Source: a virus
Taxonomy: Duplodnaviria > Caudoviricetes
Reading direction: 5' to 3' (one strand)
DNA: 64,000 nucleotides
IMG/VR virus record: IMGVR_UViG_3300035502_000313
Coordinates: 1 to 64,000 of that record
In this document: positions 40,904 to 49,608 of the stretch, piece after piece
Layout of the letters: each line of letters starts with the position of its first letter
Position numbering within the stretch: position 1 is the stretch's first letter
The notes under the pieces: generated by a model
What the model saw: the letters and a program-made list of their open reading frames with translations, nothing else
Databases searched by the model: none
Told to the model about the DNA's origin: nothing
Translations under genes and position numbers: made by a program

Positions 40904-42202
40904 TTAAAATCCCTTCATATCATCTTCAGAATAGGATTTTCTTTCTTCAGTTTTATGTGCAGTAAAGCTTTTCTTCTTTTCATATCCTCCAGTAACGTTA
41001 GTTGTATTAACATTACTATTTGAAATAGGAGATGAAGAGAATGGATTCTTTCTCTTACCACGCTTAATAACTACTTCATCATCTTCAGAATCTTCCTCTG
41101 TATCAAACTGAGCAAAGAAATCATCATTAACTTTACTCTTTGCTCTTTTATCTGTAACAGAAGATGTATCCATATCAGAAATAGAATCAAAAAAATCATC
41201 CTTTTTAGAAGTAGCTGTCTTAGTATTCTGATATTTGTTATAGATGTCTAAGAGTTCTTCTTTAGGAAGATTCATACCAGATGCAATGATTCTTACATAT
41301 TCTGGATCAGCAGCATTATACTGTCTGTGAATAAAGAACTCATCTACAGTATTATTTCCACAAAGCTTCTTCTTAATAGTAGTGAAGTTTGTATCAATAA
41401 TAGCTAGCTTGTCATCAGAGATATTCATAAATACACCAATCTTTGTAGCCGATGGTTCAAAATCAAGAGATGTATTATAATCAATAGCATCAGAAATAAG
41501 CTGTTCAAACTGAGCAGGATTCTTTAGTTTTCTATCAATAAGTACTTCAGTTACAAACATCATACCTGGATTAGTAATAAGTTTATAATGGTCTGTATCA
41601 TCGATATTCTGCTCAGAGTCAATAATATCCTGTGCACTAATAACCTTGAATGCTGTAGAAATATCATCATTAGCCATCTTCTCAGCAGTAAATGTATTAT
41701 TAGTCTTTTCAAGATACTTCTTGTTAGAAACTGTTCTTACAACAAAATTACCACCATTGAGATCCTTGAAATACTCAATAGTATTCTGCAATCCTCTAGT
41801 GTCAGATTCAAATCCAGAAATCAATGTAATAATCACAGGAATTTCTAACTGAGATTCAATGAACTTTGCAAGAACAACAGAAGCACCACTACCTGAAGCA
41901 CCCTCAGTTGTAGCCATAATATTTACATACTGGTACTCATCACCAATCATAGCAAGAATTTCATTTGGATTTTTCTTTAAGTAATTAACCATTAGCTTTT
42001 TAGCATAACTTCTTACTTTACCGCATCCAGCATCCTGATCTTCTGATATGATAATAGCACCATTACGATATTCTTCTGGAATATCCTTTACTGTAGAATT
42101 TACAACACAACAGTGTTCTTTCTGAAGAGTTCCTTCTTCAATACAATGAATCATTGCTTTTGTCGCACCCTGACCACAACCAAAAGTAAAGAAATTATTC
42201 AT
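40904..42202 (-). CDS. Tubulin/FtsZ-family PhuZ/TubZ-like GTPase
   Basis: FGCGQGA, VVNST, AGCGK, EGASGSG signature, IDDTD; acidic disordered tail. Confidence 0.85.
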   Translation of the reverse strand: MNNFFTFGCGQGATKAMIHCIEEGTLQKEHCCVVNSTVKDIPEEYRNGAIIISEDQDAGCGKVRSYAKKLMVNYLKKNPNEILAMIGDEYQYVNIMATTEGASGSGASVVLAKFIESQLEIPVIITLISGFESDTRGLQNTIEYFKDLNGGNFVVRTVSNKKYLEKTNNTFTAEKMANDDISTAFKVISAQDIIDSEQNIDDTDHYKLITNPGMMFVTEVLIDRKLKNPAQFEQLISDAIDYNTSLDFEPSATKIGVFMNISDDKLAIIDTNFTTIKKKLCGNNTVDEFFIHRQYNAADPEYVRIIASGMNLPKEELLDIYNKYQNTKTATSKKDDFFDSISDMDTSSVTDKRAKSKVNDDFFAQFDTEEDSEDDEVVIKRGKRKNPFSSSPISNSNVNTTNVTGGYEKKKSFTAHKTEERKSYSEDDMKGF

Positions 42203-42208
42203 ATTATT

Positions 42209-42352
42209 TTACTCCTTTTCTTTCTTATCTTCAGATTCCTTTTTATCAGAATCTTCGATATTCTTCTTTTCACTTTCATTAATAGGTGAGAATCCGAACT
42301 GTCCTGCAGGATAGCCCTGTTCATTAATCACACCATACTTAGAATCAGTCAT
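42209..42352 (-). CDS. 47-aa small protein upstream of tubulin (not in ORF track)
   Basis: MTDSKYGVINEQGYPAGQFGFSPINESEKK...KEKE*; AGGAGG RBS; late promoter 42376-42388. Confidence 0.65.
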   Translation of the reverse strand: MTDSKYGVINEQGYPAGQFGFSPINESEKKNIEDSDKKESEDKKEKE

Positions 42353-42401
42353 CCTAAAGACCTCCTTTCAATTAATTATATATTAGTTATTAGTGCAGTG
42401 A

Positions 42402-42495
42402 ATATCCACATACAGAATTAACTGTATGTGGATTATAAGTATATAGAGGAAGTGAAAAGTACCAATCAGAAATTAGGATATATAATTGCCACTTT
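42402..42495 (-). ncRNA. Candidate late small RNA D
   Basis: Late promoter 42494-42506, no ORF, terminator TCCACATACAG/CTGTATGTGGA. Confidence 0.45.
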
Positions 42496-42505
42496 ACATA
42501 TATGT

Positions 42506-43225
42506 TTACTTTTCTATTCTTTTCTTTTTCATAGATAGAGTATATGGAGTCATATAATCTTCTTCTAGTAAGTTGGACATAATACCAGAACCAATTAAAT
42601 ATACATCCACTGTATTTCTAGCAGTCTGAGAAGACTTACTACTTTCTAAATCTTTTAATGATACTTGACCAGTTGTATTAATCTGATTATACATTTTATT
42701 TTTAGCTTCCATATCATCAGCTTTAGCTCTTGTAAACTCTTTTATAGTACAATCCATATTCTGTAATACAAGTGTTTCTAATTCACGGTCAGATTCAACA
42801 CCCTTTGAATTACCAACAATCGCACCAGTCTTAGGATTACGTACATTAATATCTGTATTATAACCAGACTTCTTAGTTATAATCTGTTTAAGCTTTTTCA
42901 GATTAAGATATCCTACCATAGCTTCATTATTTGAAGTTACTGGAACACCATCTGAATTTGTATAAATACTTGGTAGATTAACTTTTTCTAATACTGGTAC
43001 ATTAATGGACTTAAGTGCCTTTATACACTTATCTGGATTAAGTTCTCTTTCAAATGCAGTAGTCTGTAGTCTAAATGGAAGTCTTCTTTTACAGAATTCC
43101 ATAAACTGTTGATCAGACATCTTAGCAAACATTTCTTTATAAAAATTTGAATTAGCCTTAGTTGGATCTATAGCATCAAAAAATTTATATATTAATGCCT
43201 CTGCTTTTTTACGCTGTGCTGTCAT
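42506..43225 (-). CDS. Virion RNA polymerase beta subunit, small C-terminal part
   Basis: MVGYLNLKKLKQ, RNPKTGA, ESDRELETL correspond to beta C-terminal GY.YM.KL..RS..TQQP..GEME region; late promoter 43254-43266. Confidence 0.75.
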   Translation of the reverse strand: MTAQRKKAEALIYKFFDAIDPTKANSNFYKEMFAKMSDQQFMEFCKRRLPFRLQTTAFERELNPDKCIKALKSINVPVLEKVNLPSIYTNSDGVPVTSNNEAMVGYLNLKKLKQIITKKSGYNTDINVRNPKTGAIVGNSKGVESDRELETLVLQNMDCTIKEFTRAKADDMEAKNKMYNQINTTGQVSLKDLESSKSSQTARNTVDVYLIGSGIMSNLLEEDYMTPYTLSMKKKRIEK

Positions 43226-43351
43226 AAAACTATGTTCCTCCTTACATATTATATTATAAAGATGTTAAACTCAAGTGTTTGTAATATATATTATATTAGT
43301 AATAGGATACAGAAATCTGTTATAAAGACCACGTCCTATTGGAGGTATATT

Positions 43352-43621
43352 ATGACTACACTTACAAAAGAACAGCTTATTGAAGAGCTCAAGGATATTA
43401 AGAATTCAGATATGCTTGAGTTCGTAGATGAAACAAAGGAGGTCAAAGCTCTCACATGGAATGGCGAGAGCTTTTTCGACCAGATTTCCAGAAGGATTTT
43501 CCTTCTGGAATCCGTATATGGAATTACCAGGGAGGAGCTCAATCAGATTTTCAAATTTGAAAATCTGAGAAGATTTCTCCCTGCCGAGGCAAGGGGTAGA
43601 AAACTCGTTCTCGGATATTAA
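43352..43621 (+). CDS. Early hypothetical protein (89 aa)
   Basis: ATG 43352 behind GGAGG inside conserved early leader; terminator 43624-43663. Confidence 0.7.
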   Translation: MTTLTKEQLIEELKDIKNSDMLEFVDETKEVKALTWNGESFFDQISRRIFLLESVYGITREELNQIFKFENLRRFLPAEARGRKLVLGY

Positions 43622-43662
43622 TAAAAAGAACAAGACTGTCGGGAGACAGGCTTTTCTTTTTT

Positions 43663-43675
43663 TAACATCACTATA
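43663..43675 (+). promoter_or_regulatory. Late (non-virion RNAP) promoter AAC[A/T]-N6-TAA
   Basis: AACATCACTATAA; more than 20 intergenic matches (e.g. 19032, 48135, 60098 on +; 14318, 25628, 30168, 40787, 43254, 63081 on -); resembles AR9 AACA-N6-TA. Confidence 0.8.
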
Positions 43676-43705
43676 ATAATATATTCTTTAAGGAGGTATA
43701 TAACG

Positions 43706-44539
43706 ATGAATAATCAAGTTATTGGAAGTATTATTCTTGAAGCTGCATCTAATCCAATTGATTTGAATGTTATTGCTGAAAATAATGGTAAAGTTGAAGC
43801 TACAGGTATTATTCAGGATGCTGATGTAGAAAACAGAAATGGACGTATCTATGAAGAGAAAGATTTAAAGCCTGAGGTTTATTCAGATAGAATTCAGAAA
43901 GAACTTATTCCTACTGGTAATATGAGAGGACATGATGGTCACCCATCTTCTTCTGAACTTTCTGTACAGTCTGTTATTGATCCTAAGTTATGCTCTGTTC
44001 AATTCACTAAGATTTGGATGGAAGGTAAAGATATCCATGCTAACTTTAAGGGTACTAACAATGACCTAGGAAGAGCTTTTAATGCTGATCTTCTTGAGGG
44101 TTGCAAACCATCTTTCTCTTTAAGAGCTTTAGGTTCTGTAGATAGAGAAAGAAATGGTAAGTGCTATGTAAGAAATATCAGAATCATTACATGGGATAGA
44201 GTTATTTTCCCTTCTCATAAGAGAGCATATACAACTGGTTTTGTATCACCTAAGAACGAGGGTGCTATTACTGAATCAGCACAAATGTATAATACTCAAG
44301 CTATTAATGAGAACGGTATTCTTATTCCTATTGTGAATAAACAGGTAGTAGACTATATAAAGACTGAGTCTGCTAATGTAAAGAGTATTGTAAATACATT
44401 CGATACATTATATGAATCTGCTATTATTTGTAATGGTGGTAAGAATGTTCAACTTCAGACAACTGATGGTGATAGAATCCTTATAAATCTTGAACAGTAT
44501 ATTCAGGATGAGATTATGAATTATTGTTATAATAACTAA
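43706..44539 (+). CDS. Prohead core protease (T4 gp21/phiKZ gp175 type)
   Basis: GIIQDADVENRNGRIY, GHDGHP, FSLRALG, ITWDRVIFPSH. Confidence 0.9.
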   Translation: MNNQVIGSIILEAASNPIDLNVIAENNGKVEATGIIQDADVENRNGRIYEEKDLKPEVYSDRIQKELIPTGNMRGHDGHPSSSELSVQSVIDPKLCSVQFTKIWMEGKDIHANFKGTNNDLGRAFNADLLEGCKPSFSLRALGSVDRERNGKCYVRNIRIITWDRVIFPSHKRAYTTGFVSPKNEGAITESAQMYNTQAINENGILIPIVNKQVVDYIKTESANVKSIVNTFDTLYESAIICNGGKNVQLQTTDGDRILINLEQYIQDEIMNYCYNN

Positions 44540-44614
44540 CCTATTCCAAGATAGCATTTAGCTATCTTGGATTTTCTATGTTATCCTTATTTGCAAAAGT
44601 TATATATAATATTA

Positions 44615-44953
44615 GTGAGTAGAAGATAAATTATAAGATTTATCCTTAGAAAAGCTACTTTTAGTCTGGATGCTGGAATCTTTTATAGAGTAGGCAGTAG
44701 GTAGAGCAAGATTACTGAGAAATCATTGTACTGTAAAAGTATTTTTGCACGTTTTCCAGTAGAACAGGCAATTGTAGAGTAACGCAATTCTGGAAATGGT
44801 TATTTATGTGCAATTCCCTATATATAATAATGGGAATGTGCATTTTTTACCAATATAAAAAAAGTTCCAGATTTGCGTTGCTGGGACTGGACTTATGATT
44901 TTGATATTCCATTTTGAAAAAGAAAGACTGTCGTGAGATAGGCTTTCTTTTTT
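44615..44953 (+). ncRNA. Candidate ~340-nt structured early ncRNA
   Basis: Early promoter 44600-44615, no RBS-led ORF, nested long-range stems, terminator 44918-44953. Confidence 0.6.
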
Positions 44954-45001
44954 GTCTTATTAGAGCAACTTTTTAATAAATGAAAGGAGATGATACCTAA
45001 C

Positions 45002-46198
45002 ATGGCTAATGGAAACAATAACATGAATATTACAGAAGTTATTGATAAAGAGATTTTACCGATTGTTTCTAATACTCTTTCTAAATCTTTGAGTAAATAC
45101 AAATCTTTAATGAGTAAGTTTATGAACACTAGGTCAACATCTCTCTATGATACTTTCCCTGCCACACGTTGTACATACGGACAACAGGATGCTGATGAAT
45201 TGTATGCTGTATTTGGTAAGTCTGAAAAAGAACTTCAGGAAATTATAAATAAGACATACTATTCTCAAATTCCAAACTTCAATCCAAGAACTGCTAAGAA
45301 TCCAGTAACAGTTCTATCTATCTGTATTATTAAGTATTTCTTAAGTAAGAATGATAAAAAGAATCTTGATGTAGCTATTATTTATATGTCATTTACTGGT
45401 GGATTCTATCCATCTATTCACTATGGTTCTTATCCTTCTGCTGTACCTGCAGATTATAGATGGGTATGTGACTATGTAGTAAATAATGAATTGTCTAATA
45501 AGTTTGACCTTAAGAAAACTGGTTCTGTTATTGGAACTGTTCAATCTATTGGTGCTACTTGGGTAGATGCATATAAAGATAGATTAAAAGGAAAAACAGA
45601 TGATGAAGAATATGTCTATGTAATACAACAGTTACATATGCGTATTAAATCATTCATTCAAAACACTGCTGAGATATATTATAAGTGTTATCAGAATAAA
45701 GAGTATCTTACATATGATAGTGATGATATGTCTGAAGATAATTTTAGACTTACTGAAAATGATAGTACAAAAATCGATGCAATTACAAATAGAACCATGA
45801 CTTGGATTACTACACATGATATAGATTATCGTTTATGTAAGATGTGTGCAGACTCTAACGTTAAAACAGAAGAGATTAAATCTATTATAGAATCTATTGT
45901 AAAGAATACTGATAATATAGATACTGTAAGAGAACTTGTATCTCTAATCATTGCTAACTATTTCAAAGCTAGTAAGAATAAAGACGTTAGAGATATAGAG
46001 TTTATTTCTTTCTCTATTAAAGCTAAACCTAATACAAAAGATAAGGATGTATTACGACAGAATCAAATCGTTGATACATTCTTATGTGAGAATAGTATTG
46101 CTTATAATAGACGTAAAAGTCGTGAAGCTACTAAGAATAGCTATAATAGAGCTGTTTTAACATATTTCGTATTAATCATAAACCAATCAAATAAATAA
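45002..46198 (+). CDS. Late hypothetical (probable virion/assembly) protein
   Basis: ~398 aa; late promoter ~44966; AAAGGAG RBS. Confidence 0.6.
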   Translation: MANGNNNMNITEVIDKEILPIVSNTLSKSLSKYKSLMSKFMNTRSTSLYDTFPATRCTYGQQDADELYAVFGKSEKELQEIINKTYYSQIPNFNPRTAKNPVTVLSICIIKYFLSKNDKKNLDVAIIYMSFTGGFYPSIHYGSYPSAVPADYRWVCDYVVNNELSNKFDLKKTGSVIGTVQSIGATWVDAYKDRLKGKTDDEEYVYVIQQLHMRIKSFIQNTAEIYYKCYQNKEYLTYDSDDMSEDNFRLTENDSTKIDAITNRTMTWITTHDIDYRLCKMCADSNVKTEEIKSIIESIVKNTDNIDTVRELVSLIIANYFKASKNKDVRDIEFISFSIKAKPNTKDKDVLRQNQIVDTFLCENSIAYNRRKSREATKNSYNRAVLTYFVLIINQSNK

Positions 46199-46217
46199 TA
46201 TAAAGGAGGTTCTTAAA

Positions 46218-47003
46218 ATGAACGAATGGAACAATTTACTTTTTCTGAATGAAGCCGATGATGAAGAAGAGAAAAAGTCTAAAGACGATGATAAGAAAGA
46301 AGAAGATAAAAAAGAATCGGAAAAGAAAGATGACGAAAAAGATTCTGATGATGAATATAACGATCTTATGGGTGATGATGATGAGTATAATGACCTTATG
46401 GGAGACGACGATGATGTATCAGATGATAGTGAAGATTCTGATGAAGGAGACTATAACACTTTATTAGTTGTACAGACAGATTCAGACTCTGATTCTGATG
46501 GTGGATTATATGAGAAAGCTGCTAAAGCTGCATATGCTTTTGTTGTTATCTCTAATAATATGAAGCATGTACATTTGAATGTATGTGGAGAAAAGTTTGA
46601 AGAGGTTCATAGATTATGTGATGAGTTATATAATCATTTTGCTTATACCGCAGACACATATTATGAACTTGCTGCTGAATCTCCTCTTATTACTCTTGAT
46701 AATCCTACAAGAGCTAAAGAACATTGTGAAGATATTTCTGTTGAGATGGAAAGAGAATATAACTTTAGACAAGCTCTTGAAGTTATCACAAGTAATATAG
46801 ATCTAGGAATCAAGTATCTAAGTGATTTAAGAGATGCTTCTGATACTAGAAAAGATATCCAATCCAAAGTCGATGAAGAAATAGGTTATCTTAACAAGCA
46901 GTCTAGATACTTTATTCGTAAAAGACTTTGTGGATATGATTCAGAAACAGTTAAGGATAAGGTTGAACTTGAATCTTATGATTATTATAACGATATACTG
47001 TAA
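46218..47003 (+). CDS. Dps/ferritin-like protein with acidic N-terminal extension
   Basis: KHVHLNVCGEKFEEVHRLCDELY...ADTYYE resembles Dps HWNV.G..F..LH..FEE.Y...D..AE. Confidence 0.7.
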   Translation: MNEWNNLLFLNEADDEEEKKSKDDDKKEEDKKESEKKDDEKDSDDEYNDLMGDDDEYNDLMGDDDDVSDDSEDSDEGDYNTLLVVQTDSDSDSDGGLYEKAAKAAYAFVVISNNMKHVHLNVCGEKFEEVHRLCDELYNHFAYTADTYYELAAESPLITLDNPTRAKEHCEDISVEMEREYNFRQALEVITSNIDLGIKYLSDLRDASDTRKDIQSKVDEEIGYLNKQSRYFIRKRLCGYDSETVKDKVELESYDYYNDIL

Positions 47004-47026
47004 AATAATAAAAGCCCCTGAGGAGA

Positions 47027-47317
47027 TTAATCCTCAGGGGTGTTATCTATAACAAGTGATTTTAATCTTCTTTTTACTTCTTCGATACAACTTCCAATAG
47101 AATCTGCATCGTCTTTCAATGATATTTCAAATTCAACGTTTACGGAATCACTTGAAAATGATAATGAAGTTATCTGGTTTAATGTAAGCCCATACTCTTT
47201 ATTAACAACAGTAGTTATCACATCATCAATCTCAATTGTCAAATCAAGCACTTTCTTCAAATGTGATATCTTAGAAATATCTAATGCAATAACTACTTTT
47301 ATATATTCCTTATTCAA
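47027..47317 (-). CDS. Hypothetical protein
   Basis: 96 aa, coupled to upstream gene. Confidence 0.55.
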   Translation of the reverse strand: MNKEYIKVVIALDISKISHLKKVLDLTIEIDDVITTVVNKEYGLTLNQITSLSFSSDSVNVEFEISLKDDADSIGSCIEEVKRRLKSLVIDNTPED

Positions 47318-47840
47318 GTCCAGTCCACTTAGGGCAAGGAGAACTTACCTTAAGTCCTTCATGTGCAGGAATAGTTGTTTCATTTTTTTCATAACGAGCA
47401 GAGCCATCTTCATTTACACCAGTCTTCATTGGGAACTTCTTCTGTGTTTCAGGGATTTCCTTAAGCTGAATTGAAATATCAGACTTCTCAGTAGCACCGA
47501 GATTAATCTTTCTTCCAGTTCTAAGTGCACAGTTAAAGAAATCTTTAGACAGATTTACCATAGTAGATGCATCGGATTTCTTAACTTCATAATTGTTAAC
47601 AATTGCAGCAGCTTCAACTTTCGGCATCTTAGTTGTTGAAGAAATAATTCCTGCAACCATCTCTCTATAGTCCGATGCAGGACAATGTGTTTCATGAGAA
47701 GAATAATCTCTAACGATAAAATCTCTATCGTTTAACATAGCTCTCATAACAGCTTCTTCGTCACGTCTTGATGCAGATTTCTGTTTCAGATTATCCTTGA
47801 TATCCTGAATCAGTTCCTGAACATTTGTATTGTTTTCCAT
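47310..47840 (-). CDS. HU/IHF-like DNA-binding protein (extended)
   Basis: ALRTGRKINLG...IQLKEIPE...TIPAHEGLKVS resembles HU beta arm; AGGAGG RBS. Confidence 0.55.
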   Translation of the reverse strand: MENNTNVQELIQDIKDNLKQKSASRRDEEAVMRAMLNDRDFIVRDYSSHETHCPASDYREMVAGIISSTTKMPKVEAAAIVNNYEVKKSDASTMVNLSKDFFNCALRTGRKINLGATEKSDISIQLKEIPETQKKFPMKTGVNEDGSARYEKNETTIPAHEGLKVSSPCPKWTGLE

Positions 47841-47879
47841 TGTAAATTCCTCCTAAAAGATAAAATTTTATATGTTAAA

Positions 47880-48047
47880 TCATTTATTCTTGGGATTGAT
47901 ATTTTCCCAATGAAAAATGAATAACTTGTCATTTGAATTGTTTTTACCATTTTCTTTAATGTAATTTTGTATATCCTCGTCTGACATACTAGAAAGTTTA
48001 TCTATAAAGTCTTGCTTAACATCTTCGTTTATTTTAGATTTAGCCAT
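47880..48047 (-). CDS. 55-aa small protein (not in ORF track)
   Basis: MAKSKINEDVKQDFIDKLSSMSDEDIQNYIKENGKNNSNDKLFIFHWENINPKNK*; GGAGG RBS; late promoter 48086-48098. Confidence 0.65.
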   Translation of the reverse strand: MAKSKINEDVKQDFIDKLSSMSDEDIQNYIKENGKNNSNDKLFIFHWENINPKNK

Positions 48048-48164
48048 TTATAACTACCTCCAGCTAACGTATTAGGTTATCTCATTTATATTTATGTTTC
48101 TGGTGTAGTAAAAAACATACGTATTACGTTTTTTAACATTAGTATAAAAGGAGGCTTGGTATGT

Positions 48165-48941
48165 ATGATTACAGAAAATTCTATGATGAGTATACAGCCT
48201 AATGAAGTTGACGTTGTTAAGATACCTAAAGACATTCCAGTTATGGATATTGATGAGTATGATTTGCTCGATGATAAGGATAGAGAAAGATATATAACTG
48301 ATTTAGAAAGACATGTTAGATCTTCTTATGAATACAAAGCAATGGTTCAATATCTAAGAGAATATATGAATATGAACTCTTGTGCTTTTATTCCAGAAGT
48401 TACAAATGAGACAAGTAGAAAGATCAGAATTGAATTACATCATTCTCCATTCACATTAAGAGATATATGTGTTACTATTGTTAACAAGAGATCTAGAAAT
48501 AACGAACCTCTTACAATAGAATCTGTAGCATATGAAGTAATGTTTGTACATTACTCTTTAATGGTTGGATTGATTCCTTTATCTGAAACAGTACATCAGT
48601 TAGTACATTCTCAATATATATTCGTTCCTACAGATAAGGTATACGGATATTATAAGAATTTTGTAAAAGCTTATTATGATTATATGGATCCTGAATTATT
48701 AGATAGACTTGATGAACTTGAAAAGCTTACTAAAGAAGGTACATATAATGATTCATATAAAGAAGTTCTTGAGAAGAAGTATATTACTGTAAATATGGAA
48801 GGTAATAATCAGTTTGAACAACTTCATGATTTACAGAAAATACTAAAAGAAAAAATGAGTGAGTTAAGAGGAGATGCTAAAGAAACTCCTAATAAAGATT
48901 TCACTAATTCTCCATTACTACACCCACAAAATATTCAATAA
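48165..48941 (+). CDS. Late protein with HNH-like fold
   Basis: CAF...IELHHSP...LIPLSETVHQLVH pattern; late promoter 48135. Confidence 0.5.
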   Translation: MITENSMMSIQPNEVDVVKIPKDIPVMDIDEYDLLDDKDRERYITDLERHVRSSYEYKAMVQYLREYMNMNSCAFIPEVTNETSRKIRIELHHSPFTLRDICVTIVNKRSRNNEPLTIESVAYEVMFVHYSLMVGLIPLSETVHQLVHSQYIFVPTDKVYGYYKNFVKAYYDYMDPELLDRLDELEKLTKEGTYNDSYKEVLEKKYITVNMEGNNQFEQLHDLQKILKEKMSELRGDAKETPNKDFTNSPLLHPQNIQ

Positions 48942-49057
48942 AAGAGAGAGTCTCCTAGCAGCAAAATACTGCTAGGAGAGTTCAAGTACATATCAATCAT
49001 ATACCTAATGAAAGGAGACATATATGACCAGATAGTCGGACAATAACTATCTGGTAT

Positions 49058-49133
49058 TGGTTGGGATAGTTGGATTCGAACCAACGGAATTATAGAGTCA
49101 AAGTCTACTGTCTTACCACTTGACGATATCCCA
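49058..49133 (-). tRNA. tRNA-Gln(TTG)
   Basis: TGGGATA...GTAGA-CTTTGAC-TCTAT...TATCCCAACCA; late promoter 49142-49154. Confidence 0.93.
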
Positions 49134-49200
49134 ATATCGTATTACTTTAAAGTTAGTATTATTATAAAAAATAACGGGCGACTATACACCCGTTATTTCT

Positions 49201-49608
49201 TTAACCATTCATACTAGATAAAGTAAGTCTTGTTACTTCACCAATACGAATATTACCGTCTTCAGTATCATAGAAATATCCGTTAATTTTTATAACTGGA
49301 TTATCTATTTTACAACAAGTCAATGCATCTATGAATTCTATTTCTAGTGCATTATGACCATTATCGTTCTTTATATATCTTACTATCTTTGCTATTATCT
49401 TATCATCGATATCAGCATATTCAGATTTATGAATACTATCCTTCTTTCTAGATTCATATATAGGATATATTCCATTATTTACCTTTTTAAGATTATTAAA
49501 TATCTCATTATGCATTTCGTTGAAATTTGTAATAATCTTACCATTTAGCAGGTATTGCATATTATCTGGATTTACAAAGAACGGAACAATTTTTGTTGCT
49601 TCTTTCAT
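49201..49608 (-). CDS. Hypothetical protein
   Basis: Start MKEATK behind AGGAG. Confidence 0.55.
   Translation of the reverse strand: MKEATKIVPFFVNPDNMQYLLNGKIITNFNEMHNEIFNNLKKVNNGIYPIYESRKKDSIHKSEYADIDDKIIAKIVRYIKNDNGHNALEIEFIDALTCCKIDNPVIKINGYFYDTEDGNIRIGEVTRLTLSSMNG

Noticed and set aside
43232-43351. Annotated 5' extension of the 43621 ORF
   Set aside because: Spans the promoters and leader; the true start is 43352 behind GGAGG
44893-45129. 78-aa minus-strand hydrophobic ORF as a type I toxin paired with the ncRNA
   Set aside because: Overlaps a real plus-strand gene with its promoter and the terminator; no SD
46345-46415. CRISPR-like or DNA-level repeat
   Set aside because: In-frame coding duplication (DDEYNDLMG x2); no repeat-spacer array seen anywhere in the window
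48165-48941. Mobile homing endonuclease
   Set aside because: Free-standing with its own late promoter, not in an intron, and the HNH motif is atypical; more likely a core gene
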